In this document: one piece after another, positions 1-7,351 of the stretch
How the letters are laid out: each line of letters begins with the position of its first letter
How positions within the stretch are numbered: position 1 is the first letter of the stretch
IMG/VR virus record: IMGVR_UViG_3300025168_000354
Span: 1 to 32,272 of that record
Length of the DNA: 32,272 nucleotides
Strand: one strand, 5' to 3'
Source: a virus
Taxonomy: Duplodnaviria; Caudoviricetes
The notes under the pieces: model-generated
Database searches by the model: none
What the model was told of the DNA's origin: nothing
The model's input: only the letters and a program-made list of their open reading frames with translations
Position numbers and translations under genes: made by a program

Positions 1-27
1 CGATTGACCCCCCCCTTCAATGTGATT

Positions 28-480
28 TCAACATTCGTCCGCTGTTCTAGCGAGATATTCTGCTTGTGCTTCTTCAAGCACCGACAAAGCACGCTTGTTT
101 TCTTCATAGTGCCACTGCTTTGCTCGTCCAAACTTGACCACTGCTGCAGTATGGTCGCGGTCTGAGTTCTTCGTATTGATGTCATCAACAATGATTGTCG
201 CGGTCGCCTTGTTCATCGTGGTCGCGTGTTCAATGCACAACGTGAGATCGTTTTTTCCAGTACTTCGGAGTTCTTTTCCGACTACCTCAAACTTTGCAAA
301 CGGTCCTTCTTCGCCGTTGACGCTCACAAGGAAGTCGCCGTCAGAAATGCTAACGACGCCATTGTTTGGCCCGAACATGTCAAGCCACTCCGCTTGACGT
401 TCCAGGCTGGACTTGAGGTCAGCAATCATTACGTCAAAGTTGATGCCGTCAGTCGTGTTGTTGTTTGTTGCGTTGTTCAT
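28..480 (-). CDS. hypothetical phage early protein
   Basis: 150-aa ORF with a GAAAGGGG RBS and a near-consensus promoter upstream. No recognisable motif. Confidence 0.75.
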   Translation of the reverse strand: MNNATNNNTTDGINFDVMIADLKSSLERQAEWLDMFGPNNGVVSISDGDFLVSVNGEEGPFAKFEVVGKELRSTGKNDLTLCIEHATTMNKATATIIVDDINTKNSDRDHTAAVVKFGRAKQWHYEENKRALSVLEEAQAEYLARTADEC

Positions 481-500
481 TGTTGGCCCCTTTCAAGAGC
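471..500 (-). repeat. 30-bp inverted repeat, copy 1 (leader + RBS + first codons)
   Basis: Reverse complement reads GCTCTTGAAAGGGGCCAACAATGAACAACG, identical to 4562..4591 on +. Confidence 0.95.
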
Positions 501-522
501 AGTGTTTGACTTTATACGTCCC

Positions 523-550
523 ATTATAACTGTATTCGACCTTCTTGCAA
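523..550 (-). promoter_or_regulatory. sigma70-type promoter for ORF 28..480
   Basis: On -: TTGCAA (545-550), 16-nt spacer, TATAAT (523-528). Confidence 0.65.
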
Positions 551-603
551 CCTTTAGACCAGTCTATCTGGATATTATCTCACCTTTTTTGCACACCTTA
601 TAT

Positions 604-648
604 AAAGGAAGGAGCCTCCTTGAGCCGCATTTGGCCCTGAGAGGCTCC
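604..648 (-). terminator. putative intrinsic terminator after the replication module
   Basis: GGAGCCTC...GAGGCTCC stem (611-648) followed on - by TTCCTTT, just downstream of the DnaC-like gene. Confidence 0.5.
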
Positions 649-688
649 GTTCCCCCACCTTAGCACCTAAAGTCCCTCAGACGGCCTC

Positions 689-1351
689 CTAGCGGCTCCT
701 AAATGAGTCCCAAGAGCATTCGATGATCCCACCTGTCTCGTCTGCCCTCGAGATAATGCTAGGGCCAATCTTGTCCTTCAGTGCTGCTCCACGGTCGTTC
801 GTAATCAGGATCGTATCCAGCTTCGCCCCGTATCGGGCATCAACGATCTGATTCAACACCCGATCTTCCCACTCAGACCCACCCCTGTCGTGCATCTCAT
901 CCAGAACAAGCAGCCTGGGCAAACTCTCTGCATCCCATCGACCCCTTCCAGACAACTCGTTGATGATCTGACTCTCGCTGCCCTCGTTGTTGAACGTCGC
1001 CTTGATGACCATGTACAGGTCTGCAACCCTCATATACCTGGAGCAAGCAAGCTCGAGCGAGTACAGCCGACCCAAGCACGTTGCCATCTGAGTCTTCCCC
1101 GTTCCCCTTGAACCAGTCAGCAGAAACAGAGATCCGCTACCAAGCCTTCCCTTCAGATAGTTGTACGTCGCTGACCAGGCGGAATCATCCCCGCCAGAGT
1201 CGTGAACATCCTTAGCGGACTCTCGGTGCAAGGTCGGGAACCCTGACCGAATCCATAGGCCGCTGCAACGCTTCGCCTCTTCATCGGTGTACGTCGATGA
1301 CTTTCCCAATTCCAGTTTCTTCATGCTCGGTAATACGCTTTTGATCTCCAT
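689..1351 (-). CDS. DnaC/IstB-like AAA+ ATPase (helicase loader)
   Basis: Walker A GSRGTGKT, Walker B LLVLDE, ITN sensor and I.SR motif. Directly follows the initiator-like gene. Confidence 0.88.
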   Translation of the reverse strand: MEIKSVLPSMKKLELGKSSTYTDEEAKRCSGLWIRSGFPTLHRESAKDVHDSGGDDSAWSATYNYLKGRLGSGSLFLLTGSRGTGKTQMATCLGRLYSLELACSRYMRVADLYMVIKATFNNEGSESQIINELSGRGRWDAESLPRLLVLDEMHDRGGSEWEDRVLNQIVDARYGAKLDTILITNDRGAALKDKIGPSIISRADETGGIIECSWDSFRSR

Positions 1352-2012
1352 GATTCGACCCCTTCGTGTCGTTGGCTCGATTAAGCCATGATGTAATGAA
1401 CCTCGGCAATCCCTTTCTCGTCTTCCGGTTCGATGGGTTGGATACTAGCCACTGGTGCATCTTCCTCAACTCACCGCCAACGTCGGCATACGGGTAAGCC
1501 TCAGACCAACCCGCCTTCTGCTCGTCAGTGATGTGAAGAAAGCCCTCAGCTTCGTCCCAATCCAACACCTGCTTCTTAGTAGTATTTTCTCTTTTTACTT
1601 TTACCTTTTTACTTTTAGCATTGCCATCGCATTGCGGTCGCATGTTTTCCTTGTTCCAGCGTGCTTCAGCCCCCTTTTTACCAGCCTCCGACCTTTGAGC
1701 CAAAGTCTCACTGATTCCGGCGTGATCTCGAGCCATCCGCTCTTGAACCCACTCGCCACCGGGACACGATGGGTTGTAAGTGAACGGGAGCAGAACCTTG
1801 TCCTTGATCTGATTCCACCTGAGCGGCGACAGTCTCGTCCAGGCGGCAAGGTACTCGTCGTTATCTGGAACTGCTCCTGGTCTGTCTTGCTGCCACGCTC
1901 GACAAAGCAGTAGAATGTACGCCCCGACCTCTTCGGTAGACATCAAGGCAACCTTGTCGTCCGCCAAGAAGTCAGCGATGTTAAACGGTATGTACGGCAA
2001 ATTTGACGGCAT
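1281..2012 (-). CDS. DUF1376/YdaU-family phage replication initiator
   Basis: N-terminal PYIPFNIADFLAD...MSTEEVGAYILLLCRAW, QRSEAGKKGAEARW and C-terminal RFITSWLNR. ATG at 2012 has a GGAGA RBS (the ORF track starts at 2045). Confidence 0.82.
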   Translation of the reverse strand: MPSNLPYIPFNIADFLADDKVALMSTEEVGAYILLLCRAWQQDRPGAVPDNDEYLAAWTRLSPLRWNQIKDKVLLPFTYNPSCPGGEWVQERMARDHAGISETLAQRSEAGKKGAEARWNKENMRPQCDGNAKSKKVKVKRENTTKKQVLDWDEAEGFLHITDEQKAGWSEAYPYADVGGELRKMHQWLVSNPSNRKTRKGLPRFITSWLNRANDTKGSNHGDQKRITEHEETGIGKVIDVHR

Positions 2013-2064
2013 GAATTCTTCTCCGCAACGTCCCTCTCGCTCCAACCACGGGGGACGTTGTGTT

Positions 2065-2385
2065 TTACAGACAAGGCCACCACAACGACATGGCGGAACC
2101 CTTCACGGAACACTTCCTTTTCCCCTGCTTGTAAATCATGCCATCCCGTGCCAGATCGCTCAACCTCCGCTGACACTCAACATGAGATAAATCGGAAATC
2201 TCGGAAAGCTCACCAGCCGTCTTGCCTGGTCTGGATGTCACTGATCGAATCACACGTTCACGGTGGGATTCCAACTTTCCGCTTTCGGCAAACTTCTTGA
2301 ACGCCTGGGCGGATGTATCCGGGTTTTGGTTCCGACAGTTTAAGCCCGTAGGCTCAACTGGCCTAATTGGTTGAATCCTCATCAA
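2065..2385 (-). CDS. winged-HTH DNA-binding protein
   Basis: RNQNPDTS..A followed by PGKTAGELS...QRRLSDL...G.RKC, a common phage wHTH pattern. Confidence 0.7.
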   Translation of the reverse strand: MMRIQPIRPVEPTGLNCRNQNPDTSAQAFKKFAESGKLESHRERVIRSVTSRPGKTAGELSEISDLSHVECQRRLSDLARDGMIYKQGKRKCSVKGSAMSLWWPCL

Positions 2386-2566
2386 CTACCCCTTTCCGGC
2401 TGTTGATCCATTCCTTAATCACATCTTCGTCCCAACGTAGGGTACGACTGTTGATTTTAACTGGTGGCGGTATTGTCCCGTCCGCGATCCAATTTCGTAC
2501 CGTCTTGGGTTTTACCCCAAGCATGTCGGACACATCAGAGACTTTTAGCATTGTTGTATTTGCCAT
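2363..2566 (-). CDS. AlpA/excisionase-like HTH protein
   Basis: MLKVSDVSDMLGVKPKTVRNWIADGTIPPPVKI...RW....I.EWI. Probable start is the ATG at 2566 (the ORF track starts at 2602). Confidence 0.82.
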   Translation of the reverse strand: MANTTMLKVSDVSDMLGVKPKTVRNWIADGTIPPPVKINSRTLRWDEDVIKEWINSRKGVVDEDSTN

Positions 2567-2579
2567 GCGATGTGCTTTC

Positions 2580-2984
2580 TTAGAACGGGATTTCTGATTC
2601 ATTTACCTTGACGGGTGCGGGTGATGATTTGGATTTAGTCTTAGACCCACCTGATCCTTCTGAACCAAGCAGCTGCAAACCAAAGACACGAACAACAGGC
2701 TTCGACCTGGAGTTGCCTTCTTTGTCTTCCCACCTGTCAATTCGGATTGATCCGTTAATCGCCACTTGCTTACCCTTTTGGCAATACTTATCAATGATAG
2801 TTGCGGTGTGTCCCCACGCTTCACAGTCAAAGTATGAAACCTGATCTTCTCCGCTGACGTATTGATTGTTGGCAAGCGAGAACTTCGCCAACGCCGTATC
2901 GCCTGAGTTTGTGTTGATGTTCTTTACTTCCGGGTCGCGTGTAAATCGACCGACAAGTGTAATTGTACTGAGATCGTTAGCCAT
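2580..2984 (-). CDS. ssb: single-stranded DNA-binding protein
   Basis: LVGRFTRDPE, CEAWG, KGKQVAINGSI..DRWEDKEG and a C-terminal EIPF tip. Confidence 0.95.
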   Translation of the reverse strand: MANDLSTITLVGRFTRDPEVKNINTNSGDTALAKFSLANNQYVSGEDQVSYFDCEAWGHTATIIDKYCQKGKQVAINGSIRIDRWEDKEGNSRSKPVVRVFGLQLLGSEGSGGSKTKSKSSPAPVKVNESEIPF

Positions 2985-2988
2985 AGAT

Positions 2989-3663
2989 TTATTCCTTGCC
3001 GTCCAGGCGGTCTATTGATGATGTAAGAAAGTCAATCATAGAATCGTTATCTGCCTTTTTCGTTCGTTCTTCTCCAAGAAGCAAGGCGTCTGTAAAGGTG
3101 TGCTTCCCAGGCCAGCCGGAATGCGAAGCCAACTTCTCGGCAAGCTTCATAACCTCGTTTGAATAGATGCCTTTAACTTCAGTCTTCTTTGCCGACTTCC
3201 TGTTTTCCCTTGTTGTAGTCGGGCTTGTACCTGTGTCATCTCTTGAGCAAACTTCTTCGTCCACTCGAGGAATGAGAAGAAGACCGCGAAGGAAGTAACT
3301 AAGAAGAGTCGTTCCGCTTCCAAGTGCGGCTTTGTCTTCTGGCCTTCCCTTGCCTGGGCATGACGGAAGATCCCTTTTCATCTTTCTTGACTCTCCTGAT
3401 TCGGGATGCTCCACAACAAACACGGTGTCTACCAACATCAGACCAGAACCGTCTACCTTGGTCTGCTGCTCTTCTTCGTAAACAATAAGTCCGTTGTCAT
3501 TTAGTACCGCACTTGCTTCCTGAATCATGTGTTCAGCTGATGTGTAATCAAACTTCTGGTAATCGTTTGTGCTGTCTTTGGAGACGCTAACGATATCGCG
3601 TTGTGCCTGGAGCAATGACATGCCCCATGTTGTCTTACTCTTGGTTGTCTTTTTCTCAGTCAT
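2989..3663 (-). CDS. ERF-family single-strand annealing protein
   Basis: LLQAQ...V.KDSTN..QKFDY....GL and DKA..GS.TT..SYFL.GLL.IP. Adjacent to ssb. Confidence 0.78.
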   Translation of the reverse strand: MTEKKTTKSKTTWGMSLLQAQRDIVSVSKDSTNDYQKFDYTSAEHMIQEASAVLNDNGLIVYEEEQQTKVDGSGLMLVDTVFVVEHPESGESRKMKRDLPSCPGKGRPEDKAALGSGTTLLSYFLRGLLLIPRVDEEVCSRDDTGTSPTTTRENRKSAKKTEVKGIYSNEVMKLAEKLASHSGWPGKHTFTDALLLGEERTKKADNDSMIDFLTSSIDRLDGKE

Positions 3664-3769
3664 TTGCTTACCCCTTCAAGGTAAAGATGCGTTTGGTTTA
3701 CTGGTAGGTCCGCATCCATGCGCCTACCAGTTGCTTCAAGTCTGGGAGTCAGACTATCCGCTAGGCGAA
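3664..3769 (-). promoter_or_regulatory. structured intergenic leader upstream of the ERF gene
   Basis: Three hairpins on -: AGTCTG/CAGACT; ACTGGTAGG-CGCAT/ATGCG-CCTACCAGT (3700-3731); TTACCTT/GGGGTAA covering the RBS. Confidence 0.45.
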
Positions 3770-4102
3770 TCAATTATCATAACTACTACGCCGCCTGTGG
3801 TCGTCGTAGTCATCTTTTTCTGTTTCATAAGAATCTTCGCTAACTTCAGACAAGTCGATTTTAGAACTATCAAAAATGTTCTGAGCCTCCTTGCCACGAA
3901 GTTCTATGTTTGGATATTCCTTGTCACCGTCTGTAACGTCAGTCAAGAGAACATAAAATTCAGACGGCTCATAATCGTTTCCGCTGTATGGCGCGGCTGA
4001 TGTTACTTCAACATTGAAGACAAATTCAGCTTCGGCAAACAACTTCTTGCCCTGGTGTTCAAACTCGACGTACTCCACTTTCTTTGTTGCTGTCACTTCC
4101 AC
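3770..4102 (-). CDS. hypothetical acidic protein
   Basis: Protein-like ORF. Probable GTG start at 4102 behind AAGGGG (the ORF track starts at 4150). Confidence 0.65.
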   Translation of the reverse strand: MEVTATKKVEYVEFEHQGKKLFAEAEFVFNVEVTSAAPYSGNDYEPSEFYVLLTDVTDGDKEYPNIELRGKEAQNIFDSSKIDLSEVSEDSYETEKDDYDDHRRRSSYDN

Positions 4103-4244
4103 GAACGTACCCCTTCTTGATAATGCTTTCGATGTACAACATCGCATCAACCGGAAGACCGCACCCAGGCGGAGTAGTTTTCTTCAGGTGATCGCGTATC
4201 CAAATAAGTCCGGCAATCGTACCGGGAGTCGGTCTGCTTTCCAT
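4059..4244 (-). CDS. hypothetical protein
   Basis: 61-aa ORF whose ATG abuts the upstream TAA and whose end overlaps the next gene, as expected in an operon. Confidence 0.5.
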   Translation of the reverse strand: MESRPTPGTIAGLIWIRDHLKKTTPPGCGLPVDAMLYIESIIKKGYVRGSDSNKESGVRRV

Positions 4245-4346
4245 TTACCAATCCTGATGGGGGAAGTCTGAATCTGGCGGTGCTGGTCTCCCCAGAAACG
4301 AAAGCACCAACCACAAGCCCTTAAAGATGTCGATAATGATTCTCAC
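4245..4346 (-). CDS. small hypothetical protein (33 aa, not in the ORF track)
   Basis: GTG start behind TTGAAAGGGA; translates to MRIIIDIFKGLVVGAFVSGRPAPPDSDFPHQDW. Its stop abuts the next ATG. Confidence 0.45.
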   Translation of the reverse strand: MRIIIDIFKGLWLVLSFLGRPAPPDSDFPHQDW

Positions 4347-4422
4347 AACAATCCCTTTCAACAGAGAGCTGTCCTGGCCACCTCGTAACCAACGATGATT
4401 AGATATCTAGGCCAGAAAAGTA

Positions 4423-4451
4423 AACATATCATGAAGGCCAATATAGGTCAA
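4423..4451 (-). promoter_or_regulatory. leftward promoter of the early/replication operon
   Basis: On -: TTGACC (4446-4451), 17-nt spacer, TATGTT (4423-4428), in an AT-rich divergent intergenic region. Confidence 0.55.
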
Positions 4452-4513
4452 ACAAAGCCCACTTGTCCACAAAAAGACGAAAATCGTATATTTTGGGTCT
4501 TTTTAGGGTTTAC

Positions 4514-4545
4514 TTGACCCACAAGGAAAGAAAAGCCGATATTAT
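4514..4545 (+). promoter_or_regulatory. rightward promoter candidate for ORF 4582..5148
   Basis: TTGACC at 4514-4519 and GCCGATATTAT at 4535-4545. The spacing is non-canonical. Confidence 0.4.
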
Positions 4546-4561
4546 CTATGTAGTCAATAAC

Positions 4562-4591
4562 GCTCTTGAAAGGGGCCAACAATGAACAACG
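4562..4591 (+). repeat. 30-bp inverted repeat, copy 2
   Basis: GCTCTTGAAAGGGGCCAACAATGAACAACG, the reverse complement of 471..500. Confidence 0.95.
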
Positions 4592-5148
4592 AAATCAAGA
4601 ACTTCATCGCTGAGAACAACATCGAACTGAAGAAGGTCAACGTCCTAGCAGGGCCGATTCACGAAGGCCACGCATACAACGCCGAAGTGTGGCACGACGG
4701 TATGCGAATCGCTCACATCAGCGATGACGGCAACGGCGGGATGTTGATGATTGATGACCACGGTCACGAGGTTGAGTATGGCAAACTGGAAGACAAATTG
4801 CAGGATGCTAAAATTGTGTGGTTCACTTCAGGCCGTGACGGCAGCGATGTGATGGTTGACATGGAAGGCTTGTTTGGCGAAATGTTCGACGAACACATGG
4901 TTGCAAAGGAATGGAAGGCCAAGACCCGAACCAAGGTCTTTGTTCAAACCGATGACTGCGGCGATGGCGAATACTACATCTACAAGCGGCAGTTCAAAGT
5001 CAGCGACAAGGCGAACAATGGCCGTTGGGAAATCGGTCTGATGCAATCCGTTCAAGAACAATTCGGTGCAGACAATATCAAAGACATTAAAGGCATTCGC
5101 ACCTTGGAATGGACTTCGTTCAGGACAGCAGCCAAGGCGACTGCATGA
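4582..5148 (+). CDS. hypothetical phage early protein
   Basis: The only convincing + strand gene: 188 aa, strong RBS, contains a DDGNGG motif. Confidence 0.8.
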   Translation: MNNEIKNFIAENNIELKKVNVLAGPIHEGHAYNAEVWHDGMRIAHISDDGNGGMLMIDDHGHEVEYGKLEDKLQDAKIVWFTSGRDGSDVMVDMEGLFGEMFDEHMVAKEWKAKTRTKVFVQTDDCGDGEYYIYKRQFKVSDKANNGRWEIGLMQSVQEQFGADNIKDIKGIRTLEWTSFRTAAKATA

Positions 5149-5162
5149 TGACATCTATTTCG

Positions 5163-5186
5163 CGCTGACTCGTTGTCGGCGTTCTT
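5163..5186 (+). terminator. weak terminator candidate between convergent genes
   Basis: CGCTGAC-TCGTT-GTCGGCG hairpin followed by TTCTT. Confidence 0.3.
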
Positions 5187-5240
5187 CCCCACGCTCCGCT
5201 TTGCTTTGGCATGTAAGACGGGGCTTTATCTATGCGCCCA

Positions 5241-5600
5241 TCAAAGCACGTCGGCAAGCCACAGTTCGTCCGTTAGGATCTCTTGGCTACCCCACGCCTC
5301 CGGCTCACCGTCAATCAACCACTCGTTCCTTGCGTACTGCTTCACATGGATCATCTCATGCACCACGGTCATCACGAAGTTTCGGAGGCTCTGGTTGTTG
5401 GCTACGACGATCTGGAAGGCACGGTTGGAGTCGGCCACCGGCCTGCACCAGCCGCAACAATCGTCCAACGGCTTGATGACCACAGCCACCTTCAGGGTGT
5501 GCAGGGTGTTCAGCCCCAAGCGGCTCATGCACCAGGCCACAGACTTATCGACGTATTCGCGTTCGTGTGACTTGCCGCCCCGAATCGTGACATTCTTCAT
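5241..5600 (-). CDS. HExxH zinc metallopeptidase-like protein (SprT/zincin-like)
   Basis: TVVHEMIHVKQY motif with a downstream E.EA. Confidence 0.75.
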   Translation of the reverse strand: MKNVTIRGGKSHEREYVDKSVAWCMSRLGLNTLHTLKVAVVIKPLDDCCGWCRPVADSNRAFQIVVANNQSLRNFVMTVVHEMIHVKQYARNEWLIDGEPEAWGSQEILTDELWLADVL

Positions 5601-5619
5601 AGCTACACCTGGAGCTGTG

Positions 5620-5901
5620 CTAGATGTTGACCGGACGCACCGGGATGATTTCCATGATGGTCTTGCGGGGTATGCAGTTCACATCGCCAACAAGCTCTTC
5701 GTCCGTGTCGTAGGTGCTGGCAATTGTGATGTATTCAGGGGTTTCTTTGACAATCCAGCCAACCGACATCATTACAGCAGGCTTCATTTCCAAGGCATCA
5801 TCCAGCGACATCCACGGTTCTGATTGACTGGTGATGTCAAGCCACTTAAACAACTTGGGATCGTTGCATGAGTCGTTACTTTTAAACCTGTCATTGGTCA
5901 C
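5620..5901 (-). CDS. conserved hypothetical phage protein
   Basis: W.DI...W...P....SVGWIVKET..YITIAS...IPR..I pattern, which I recognise from small phage proteins. Overlaps the upstream stop. Confidence 0.7.
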   Translation of the reverse strand: MTNDRFKSNDSCNDPKLFKWLDITSQSEPWMSLDDALEMKPAVMMSVGWIVKETPEYITIASTYDTDEELVGDVNCIPRKTIMEIIPVRPVNI

Positions 5902-6709
5902 GAATCACCGTCCTGGCACTCCAGCATTTCCCGTTCATCCGCCCCACTCGTCCAAGCTTGGCTTCTCCAATAACCACGCCACAGTTCCATTGGTTCTGAT
6001 CTTTCCGCTGCATGTAGGGGACTTCCATGCCCATCGGTCCCGCCGTCCCCGCATTGGCGTACCAGTACGGAAGAAGCACGTTTGCACTCCGCTTGCACTG
6101 GGTAACGTGTTTCGGCCTGTGGGTGTGACCCCTGACCATCAACCTGTGGGCATTGCCACCCAAGGCGTAAGCAACCTGAAGCCCCTCGAGTTCGTCAGAG
6201 TTGCTACCGGCATCAAACCCGTGAAAGAACACCGCCTGGCCAAGCTCATAGCACCCCTTGCGATCATGGATAGATGGCTTCTGGTACGGAACCTGTCTCC
6301 ACTTGCGATACACCTTGCCATGCTCGGCATGGGCGTTCCAGTCACACAATGACCTTAGATCAGATTGAATCCGCCTAGCGTCCGCTACCAGGATGTTGGA
6401 ATCGTGATTACCCAAGCACCAGATAAGGTCACAGTTTTTTGGAAGCTCTCGCCTAATCGCCTCAAGATAGTCAGCTCCATCACGAAACTCGTCCTCGAGG
6501 GTATGCTCGATGTTGTCATCTCTTGGGTGAACCGACGCCGCCTGGGCATCCAACAGGTCGCCCAACATCACAAATGATTGTAATGGTCCGTTGTGCTTCT
6601 GATCATCCGTCAGGGTGCTAAGTATGAAATCCAGCGACCTAAAACGTTCTTTAGAAGCTGGGCCAACGTGAGCGCACGATATGGCCGCGAATCTTGCTGT
6701 ATCTGGCAT
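5891..6709 (-). CDS. calcineurin-like metallophosphoesterase
   Basis: Motifs SCAH (DxH variant), GDLLD, GNHD, FHG and GHTH. Confidence 0.85.
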   Translation of the reverse strand: MPDTARFAAISCAHVGPASKERFRSLDFILSTLTDDQKHNGPLQSFVMLGDLLDAQAASVHPRDDNIEHTLEDEFRDGADYLEAIRRELPKNCDLIWCLGNHDSNILVADARRIQSDLRSLCDWNAHAEHGKVYRKWRQVPYQKPSIHDRKGCYELGQAVFFHGFDAGSNSDELEGLQVAYALGGNAHRLMVRGHTHRPKHVTQCKRSANVLLPYWYANAGTAGPMGMEVPYMQRKDQNQWNCGVVIGEAKLGRVGRMNGKCWSARTVIRDQ

Positions 6710-6724
6710 CTGCGTATCCCTGCA

Positions 6725-7336
6725 TCACCAATGACCTTTCGGGCAAGACTCACCTTCTATTGTTACCTTGGACGCCAAGAAACAACCACACCCACCCCGC
6801 TCCTCGTCACACACTCCGAAGTTGTAAATACCTTCAGGGCAATTCAAACAGATAGATTTCCGTTTGTCAACCACCTCTAAGCTTGCCTGGTCAATGCCCA
6901 GTTCAGATTTGAGCAGCCCTGGAACGCCTTTGGCGAGTCGTTTAAGCATGCCCGCTTTCTTCTGCTTTGCTTTTTCTGCACACGATGAGCAACCCCCTTG
7001 AGATTCTGGGTCACTTTGCAACGCTTTTTTTTCCTGAAGATAATCGTGCTGTTTGGTGTTTGCAGGAATTTGATCTTTGAAGATAACGTCGTTCATGCCT
7101 GGGTTTGGACCCGTCACATTCTTAGGCATCCCATCAAACTGTTTGAAAGACACAGACGGATTTTCTAAATCAACTACAGGAACCTGCTCAATCGGGTTGT
7201 ATTTTTCCGACACATATACAAGTTGCATATCTTTATCGAGCAATACCTCAACACAATTCAAGTTTGTGCAACAAGTATGAACTGAAGTGTTAGATTGATT
7301 TTTTGGAAGTTCTGAACGACTGTTAAGTGTTGCCAT
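6725..7336 (-). CDS. Cys-rich protein with a C-terminal DUF6171-like metal-binding domain
   Basis: R..ICLNC...C.....CGCFL..K......CPKGHW, plus GGCSSC and TCCTNLNC. Confidence 0.7.
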   Translation of the reverse strand: MATLNSRSELPKNQSNTSVHTCCTNLNCVEVLLDKDMQLVYVSEKYNPIEQVPVVDLENPSVSFKQFDGMPKNVTGPNPGMNDVIFKDQIPANTKQHDYLQEKKALQSDPESQGGCSSCAEKAKQKKAGMLKRLAKGVPGLLKSELGIDQASLEVVDKRKSICLNCPEGIYNFGVCDEERGGCGCFLASKVTIEGESCPKGHW

Positions 7337-7351
7337 TATTTGTTTTTCTTA

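Noticed and set aside
3690-3769. tRNA or hammerhead ribozyme in the ERF leader
   Set aside because: No cloverleaf or TTCGA T-loop, and no CUGAnGA/GAAA core.
4400-4409. Palindrome TAGATATCTA as a repressor operator
   Set aside because: A single 10-bp copy with no second matching site found. Too weak to call.
3671-4575. Recurring TTGAA(A)GGG motif as an operator
   Set aside because: The copies examined sit a few nt before start codons, so an extended Shine-Dalgarno sequence is the simpler explanation.
5066-6352. Long + strand ORFs (5066..5476, 5173..5823, 5831..6352) and similar ones elsewhere (e.g. 21631..22390)
   Set aside because: Antisense shadows of motif-bearing - strand genes, with no RBS or recognisable domains.
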